From positions 32,001 to 96,000 of the forward strand of contig CAMAVZ010000002.1 of the NCBI GenBank assembly GCA_945861645.1: a stretch of 64,000 nucleotides of DNA, read 5' to 3'. The position numbers were made by a program, and so were the translations under genes. Below are positions 59,327 through 64,000 of the stretch, piece after piece. Each line of letters opens with the position of its first letter. Position 1 is the first letter of the stretch. The stretch comes from Opitutus sp. GAS368 (GTDB lineage Bacteria > Verrucomicrobiota > Verrucomicrobiia > Opitutales > Opitutaceae). The notes below the pieces were generated by a model. The model saw only the letters and a program-made list of their open reading frames with translations. It ran no database searches and was not told where the DNA came from.

Positions 59327-61411
59327 ATGAAACCTTTCTATTTCTGCACCTTATTTTCTATTCTAGCTGGTTTGGCTTCCGCCCAAATCGCCCCCAGCCA
59401 ATCCGCTGATAAACCCGATCATCCCATCAACCTTGAAGTGATGGTCGTGAGCGTTGGCCCCGATCCTAAATCTGCTTTCGACCTCGCCCAAGGGACTTCT
59501 GTCCTCATGAGCGATCAACTCCGCCGAAATATTGCGGCCACTTTAGGTGACACGCTCATCGACACGCCCGGGGTGAATGCCACCTATTATGGTCCGGGCG
59601 CTAGCCGCCCGATTATCCGCGGGCTCGGCGGCGATCGCGTGCGCATGCTCGACAACGGCGTCGGCTCACTCGACGCCTCCAGCGTTAGCCCTGACCATAA
59701 TGTGAGCGTCGAACCACTGTTGGTCGATCGCATCGAAGTATTACGCGGTCCGGCTACCCTTCTCTACGGCAGCTCAGCCGTGGGTGGCGTCGTCAATGTG
59801 ATCGATAATCGCATCCCAACCGCCGCGACGAGTGAGTCCCGCCGCCGCCGCGCAGAATTTCGCTACGACTCGGCCGCCAACGAACGCACCGGCGTGATCG
59901 CGCTCGGGGCCGGTAACCAAACCTACGCGCTGCAAGTCAATGGACTGCGCTCTGAGTCTGATGATGTCAGCATCCCCGGCTATGCCGATCGGGCTCATCC
60001 CGCCGATCGAGGCACCTTGGTCAACAGCGCCCGCTCCGCCCAAAGCGTCTCCGTCGGAGGCACCCGCTTTGGCGCTAACAGCAGTCTCGGTCTGGCCGTG
60101 AGTGAATACGCCACCATCTACGGGGTGCCGGTGGGTGAGCCGATTCTAATCGATATGAAACAGCAGCGGGTCGATCTGCGGGCTGAACACCATCGGCTCG
60201 GGGGCCTCTTCAAGTCCGCTAAATTTCGCTTTGGTCTAGCCAATTATACCCATGCCGAAATCGATGCTTCCACGGGGGAGCCTAATACTACCTTCAAAAA
60301 TAAAGCCTACGAAGGCCGGCTTGAATTTGCGCAACAAGATCGCGGCAACCTCACCGGCACAGTAGGGCTCCAAACTTCCCGCGGTGATTTCTCTGCCGTG
60401 GGGGCGGAGGTCGTCACCCCGCCAACCTTATCCTATCATCACGCGCTTTTCTTGCTAGAATCCTACCAACTCCACCCGCAACTCTCGCTGCAATTTGGCG
60501 GACGCTATGAGAGGCAAAGCATCACGCTGGGGACCGTTAATAAATTTTTACCTGCTTACCGTGGCTATGCCGCTACCACCGGCGAAAAACGCTCTGAGCA
60601 GGGCGTGAGCCTGTCGGCGGGCGCGGTTTATTATCCGGCCAAAGATTATTCCTTGGGCTTCTCCCTCGCCTTCTCTGAACGCCTGCCGATGGCTCAGGAG
60701 ATAGCCTCGAACGGTCCGCATGGCGGCACGGGAGCCTATGAAATCGGTTCGACTGGCCTCGGTAAGGAAAAATCGCTCGGCCTCGACCTCACGCTGCGTA
60801 AGCGCGCGGGCTTTGCCACTGGCTCCATCGGCGCCTTTGTTAACCAATTCAAGAATTATATCTTCGAGCAAAAAGACCCCACCAGCTACTTCGATGAAGC
60901 GACCGGGAACTTATTGCGCTATCCCGTTCCACCTAACAAAGGATTTCTGCCGATCTATCAATTCATCGCTCGGGATGCGCTTTTCTACGGCGGTGAGGCC
61001 GAGGTCTCGCTGCATCTTCATGATGCGCAGGAGCAGCACCTGCATCTGGATCTCAGTGCAGATTATGTTCGCGCACAGCAAACCACCGATGACGAGCCGC
61101 TCCCGCGGATCCCCCCGTTTCGCCTTAGGGCCACGCTGCGCTACACCAGCGGGCCGTGGAACCTCGGGGCCAGCCTGCGCCACTCGTTCCAGCAAGAGCG
61201 GGTCTCACCGGATGAAAGCACCACCGACGGCTATACTTTGGTCAGCGTCGATGCCAGCTACCGCTTTACCCAAGCGCATACCGAGTGGGAATTTTTCGCC
61301 CGCGGTTCTAATCTAACCAATCAAGATGCCCGCATCAGCACCTCCTTTCTTAAAGACATCGCCCCGCTGCCGGGCCGTGGCATGGCAGTTGGCGGGCGCT
61401 TGAATTTCTAA
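59327..61411 (+). CDS. TonB-dependent receptor, ZnuD-like
   Basis: Signal peptide; TLGDTL..PGV...YGPGASRPIIRG, DASSVSPDHNV, GPHGGT, PRIPP, SFLKDIAPLPGR; terminal Phe. Confidence 0.88.
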   Translation: MKPFYFCTLFSILAGLASAQIAPSQSADKPDHPINLEVMVVSVGPDPKSAFDLAQGTSVLMSDQLRRNIAATLGDTLIDTPGVNATYYGPGASRPIIRGLGGDRVRMLDNGVGSLDASSVSPDHNVSVEPLLVDRIEVLRGPATLLYGSSAVGGVVNVIDNRIPTAATSESRRRRAEFRYDSAANERTGVIALGAGNQTYALQVNGLRSESDDVSIPGYADRAHPADRGTLVNSARSAQSVSVGGTRFGANSSLGLAVSEYATIYGVPVGEPILIDMKQQRVDLRAEHHRLGGLFKSAKFRFGLANYTHAEIDASTGEPNTTFKNKAYEGRLEFAQQDRGNLTGTVGLQTSRGDFSAVGAEVVTPPTLSYHHALFLLESYQLHPQLSLQFGGRYERQSITLGTVNKFLPAYRGYAATTGEKRSEQGVSLSAGAVYYPAKDYSLGFSLAFSERLPMAQEIASNGPHGGTGAYEIGSTGLGKEKSLGLDLTLRKRAGFATGSIGAFVNQFKNYIFEQKDPTSYFDEATGNLLRYPVPPNKGFLPIYQFIARDALFYGGEAEVSLHLHDAQEQHLHLDLSADYVRAQQTTDDEPLPRIPPFRLRATLRYTSGPWNLGASLRHSFQQERVSPDESTTDGYTLVSVDASYRFTQAHTEWEFFARGSNLTNQDARISTSFLKDIAPLPGRGMAVGGRLNF

Positions 61412-61440
61412 TCATGAGCCTCCCAGCACCTGCAAACCGA

Positions 61441-61881
61441 CTAAGTATCACCGAGCAAAGGCGACTGCTCCAGCACGACACCTGCAATCCGCCAATCGCC
61501 GTCTTCCTGAACGAGTGCGTAACGATAAGTGGTCCGCCGTTGCCGTTGATCAAGTACCGTGACGGTTACTTGGGTTAAGCCTGCACCGGTATCGCGGACC
61601 ACCCCAATTTCTACCGATTGGTGCTGCAACAGCGGAGCATACCCGCGTTCCATCAGAGCAGCGAATAACGGCCGATCGAATTGCGCCTTAATTCCTCGCG
61701 CCGCGTAAGTATAAGCCGCGTCAAAATCACGAGCCTGCAAGGCCTTTAATTGAGCCGCCACCACTGCTTTCACATCCGTGCGCACGGCACCTGAACTTAG
61801 CCGCATCGCCGGTGCCACGACGGGTTGGCCGATCGCAAAACTTAATAACAGGCAGAAACCTAGTGCGCTGCGCAAGTTCAT
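61441..61881 (-). CDS. Exported DUF4864-like protein
   Basis: Signal peptide; VVAAQLKAL...D..AAY.YA, F..LM..GY, WRIAGV. Confidence 0.7.
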   Translation of the reverse strand: MNLRSALGFCLLLSFAIGQPVVAPAMRLSSGAVRTDVKAVVAAQLKALQARDFDAAYTYAARGIKAQFDRPLFAALMERGYAPLLQHQSVEIGVVRDTGAGLTQVTVTVLDQRQRRTTYRYALVQEDGDWRIAGVVLEQSPLLGDT

Positions 61882-62798
61882 GCCTCCAACCCAAAGACAG
61901 CCCGCGCGTAATGCTCAACGGAAAAGGGCTGCAGATCATCAGGCTGCTCACCCAGCCCGATAAAATAAATGGGGATTTTTAATTGCCGATAAATTCCCGC
62001 CAGCGCGCCACCGCGACTGGTGCCGTCTAATTTTGTCACGACCAAACCAGTGAGCCCAAAGCTCTGGTGAAACACCTTCGCCTGCTCGATGGAATTAGCC
62101 CCTAAGCTGCCATCAACCACCAGCCACCGATGTTGAGGCGCGGTTGCATCATGCTTCTGCAGCACGCGCCGAATTTTGGCTAATTCCTCTAATAAATTCC
62201 CCTTCGTATGCAACCGACCCGCGGTGTCGACGATGAGCCAAGCGTGACCGCGCGCCTTGGCGGCTTGCCAGGCATCATAGGCCACAGCCGCGGAATCCGC
62301 ACCGGTATGGCTAGCGACAATTTCGATCTGCAGCCGCTCGGCCCAGCTTTTTAATTGCTCCACTGCGGCCGCCCGAAAGGTATCACAGGCGGCAACGATC
62401 ACGGTCTGACCGTCGTTTTTTAACTTATGTGCTAGCTTGGCGGTGGTGGTCGTCTTGCCCGAGCCATTAACGCCGATCAAACAAATGACGGTAGGTTTCT
62501 GCACGGCGGGAAGCAACTTGCCCTCAGCTCCCGCCAATACCCGTTGAAGCACCGCGACCCCAATATTCGCCGCTTGCTGCCCTTTGAGCTCAGGATCTTT
62601 GCGGTAGGCCGCTTTAATTTCAGCCAAAATTTCCGTCGTCGTCTCGACCCCAAAATCAGCCGTATAAAGCGCTTCCTCTAATTCAGCCAGCGAAGCGGGA
62701 TCAATTTTTCGCCCACCAAAGAGGTCATGCGTCTTCGCCGCCAGCGCCGCGACGGTCTTATGCAACCCATCTTTAAATTTATTAAAAAGTGAAAACAT
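61878..62798 (-). CDS. ftsY: Signal recognition particle receptor FtsY (short, no acidic domain)
   Basis: GVNGSGKTTT, DTFRAAAVEQL, DTAGRLH, TKLDG. Confidence 0.97.
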   Translation of the reverse strand: MFSLFNKFKDGLHKTVAALAAKTHDLFGGRKIDPASLAELEEALYTADFGVETTTEILAEIKAAYRKDPELKGQQAANIGVAVLQRVLAGAEGKLLPAVQKPTVICLIGVNGSGKTTTTAKLAHKLKNDGQTVIVAACDTFRAAAVEQLKSWAERLQIEIVASHTGADSAAVAYDAWQAAKARGHAWLIVDTAGRLHTKGNLLEELAKIRRVLQKHDATAPQHRWLVVDGSLGANSIEQAKVFHQSFGLTGLVVTKLDGTSRGGALAGIYRQLKIPIYFIGLGEQPDDLQPFSVEHYARAVFGLEA

Positions 62799-62878
62799 CA
62801 AAAAATCTCCGGCCCGTTAAGCCCCGCAAGCTTGCTTGGTGGCAGACCAACTCAAGCCCCGAGGGCCATGCCCGAGGC

Positions 62879-63325
62879 TCATTCCGTCGACGGCTTGCGC
62901 AAATCTCGACCCAGTTGATCCTTCATGCGATCGAGCACTCCGTTGATGAACCGTTTAGCATCGGCGCTTGAATAGAGTTTGCTGAGGTCAATGGCCTCGT
63001 TGATCGAAACCACCGGCGGGATGTCCTTCCGATGCAACATCTCGAACATCGCCAACCGCAGAATTGCTAAATCAATTTTAGCGATGCGCTCGAATTCCCA
63101 ATTGTGCGCCAACCCCTTGATGTGGCCGTCAAGTTCCACCACATGCTCAATCGCTCCGTGAATGAGCTCCTCCGCAAAAGCATAATAATCGCGCGGTTGC
63201 TCGAGATGTTCAAAAAACAACCGCAAATCGTCACCGAGCGCGGCCGGTTGATTCACACTCCAAGCGTAAAGATATTGAAAGGCAGCCGCGCGACATTCGC
63301 GGCGTTGGGTAAACTGACTATTCAT
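62879..63325 (-). CDS. nusB: Transcription antitermination factor NusB
   Basis: RRECR..AFQYLY, IDLAILRL, VSINEAIDL, FINGVLD. Confidence 0.95.
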   Translation of the reverse strand: MNSQFTQRRECRAAAFQYLYAWSVNQPAALGDDLRLFFEHLEQPRDYYAFAEELIHGAIEHVVELDGHIKGLAHNWEFERIAKIDLAILRLAMFEMLHRKDIPPVVSINEAIDLSKLYSSADAKRFINGVLDRMKDQLGRDLRKPSTE

Positions 63326-63801
63326 AATTTTTCTCCGAGCGAGCGCTTGAGTGCCGCCACTTCAAGTCCAGCCGCCGCCAACTCAGCCCCGCGATTAATG
63401 GGGCCCAGACACCGCGCGCGAGCCTGCTTAAGATTATTAACCACGATCACCCCATTGATGATGGGCGTGCCCGTCGTGAGCGCGACCTGCTGCAATGCCT
63501 GCGAAACGCTTTGCCCGACCATCTCGTGATGATGGGTGTCGCCCGCGATCAACACCCCGAGAGCGATGACACAATCGCAACCGCGCTGCGCCGCTAACAC
63601 TTGCACCGCCCAAGGCACCTCATGGGAGCCCGGCACCCGCAAAACGGTGAGTCGCTTAGCTTTCACCCCAGCCGCCCCCAATTTAGCCAGCACCACCGCG
63701 AGCAACCCATCAACCAGTACGTTATTATAACGCGCCGCCACGACCCCAAAGGTAAAGGGGGCGCCGTTAATCGAGAGAGGGTTTGCAACCAAAAGACTCA
63801 T
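63322..63801 (-). CDS. ribH: 6,7-dimethyl-8-ribityllumazine synthase
   Basis: ARYN, VPGSHEVP, LGVLIAGDTHH, PIINGVI; upstream of nusB. Confidence 0.93.
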   Translation of the reverse strand: MSLLVANPLSINGAPFTFGVVAARYNNVLVDGLLAVVLAKLGAAGVKAKRLTVLRVPGSHEVPWAVQVLAAQRGCDCVIALGVLIAGDTHHHEMVGQSVSQALQQVALTTGTPIINGVIVVNNLKQARARCLGPINRGAELAAAGLEVAALKRSLGEKL

Positions 63802-63891
63802 AGAATTTCCGCGGATAGCTGGGAGGAGACAATTGCGCTAAAGCCTACGCGCAAGCGCCAATCAGTAATCCGATATTTAAGGCTAAAATCT

Positions 63892-64000
63892 TCATACTGG
63901 AATCTGTTCCACAATCTCGAGTCCATAGCCATCTAAGCCGACGACGCGACGCGGGGAATGCGCCATCAGCCGAATCTTACGCAAGCCGAGTGCCGTCAAA
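63892..64000 (-). CDS. 3' end of a RibBA/RibBX-like protein (GTP cyclohydrolase II-like C-terminus), truncated by the window edge
   Basis: Manual translation ...[35 protein letters not shown]; not in the ORF track; directly upstream of ribH. Confidence 0.8.
   Translation of the reverse strand, partial: LTALGLRKIRLMAHSPRRVVGLDGYGLEIVEQIPV

Noticed and set aside
1-64000. CRISPR arrays, rRNA, intact tRNA, IS elements, prophage or defence systems
   Set aside because: No regularly spaced repeats, complete cloverleafs or hallmark genes were seen by eye.

Overview
A gene-dense, moderately GC-rich bacterial chromosomal window. The gene mix (lpxA, TonB systems, folE2, sufC-sufB-sufD-sufT, TPR-ExbBD cluster) and the C-rich, Shine-Dalgarno-less start contexts suggest Verrucomicrobia (Opitutaceae-like); this is an inference, not a database result. 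About 60 CDSs are mostly housekeeping (murA, ruvB, pyk, trxB, clpP, infC, lpxA, pdxA, aroB, ftsY, nusB, ribH, ettA), interspersed with metal and redox modules (arsR-gapdh-arsJ, cusBA with an ECF sigma cassette, chrA, crcB, suf, two TonB-dependent receptors). I saw no rRNA, intact tRNA, transposase, integrase or CRISPR array. Best leads: (1) a PTPS-II / FolE2 / Chlorobium-type sepiapterin reductase cluster that looks like a complete tetrahydrobiopterin pathway; (2) an Irr-like Fur protein heading the suf operon behind a perfect TTTAGAA-N3-TTCTAAA box; (3) a cnrYXH-like three-gene ECF cassette with a Cys-rich sensor and two near-identical back-to-back promoters facing a Cu/Ag RND pump; (4) a stand-alone disordered protein resembling the RNase E C-terminal scaffold; (5) a DUF2946/CruR-like leader ORF ending in CGPP ahead of a ZnuD-like receptor. 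All family calls come from motif recognition by eye, with no searches run. Several starts were moved downstream of the ORF-track starts.
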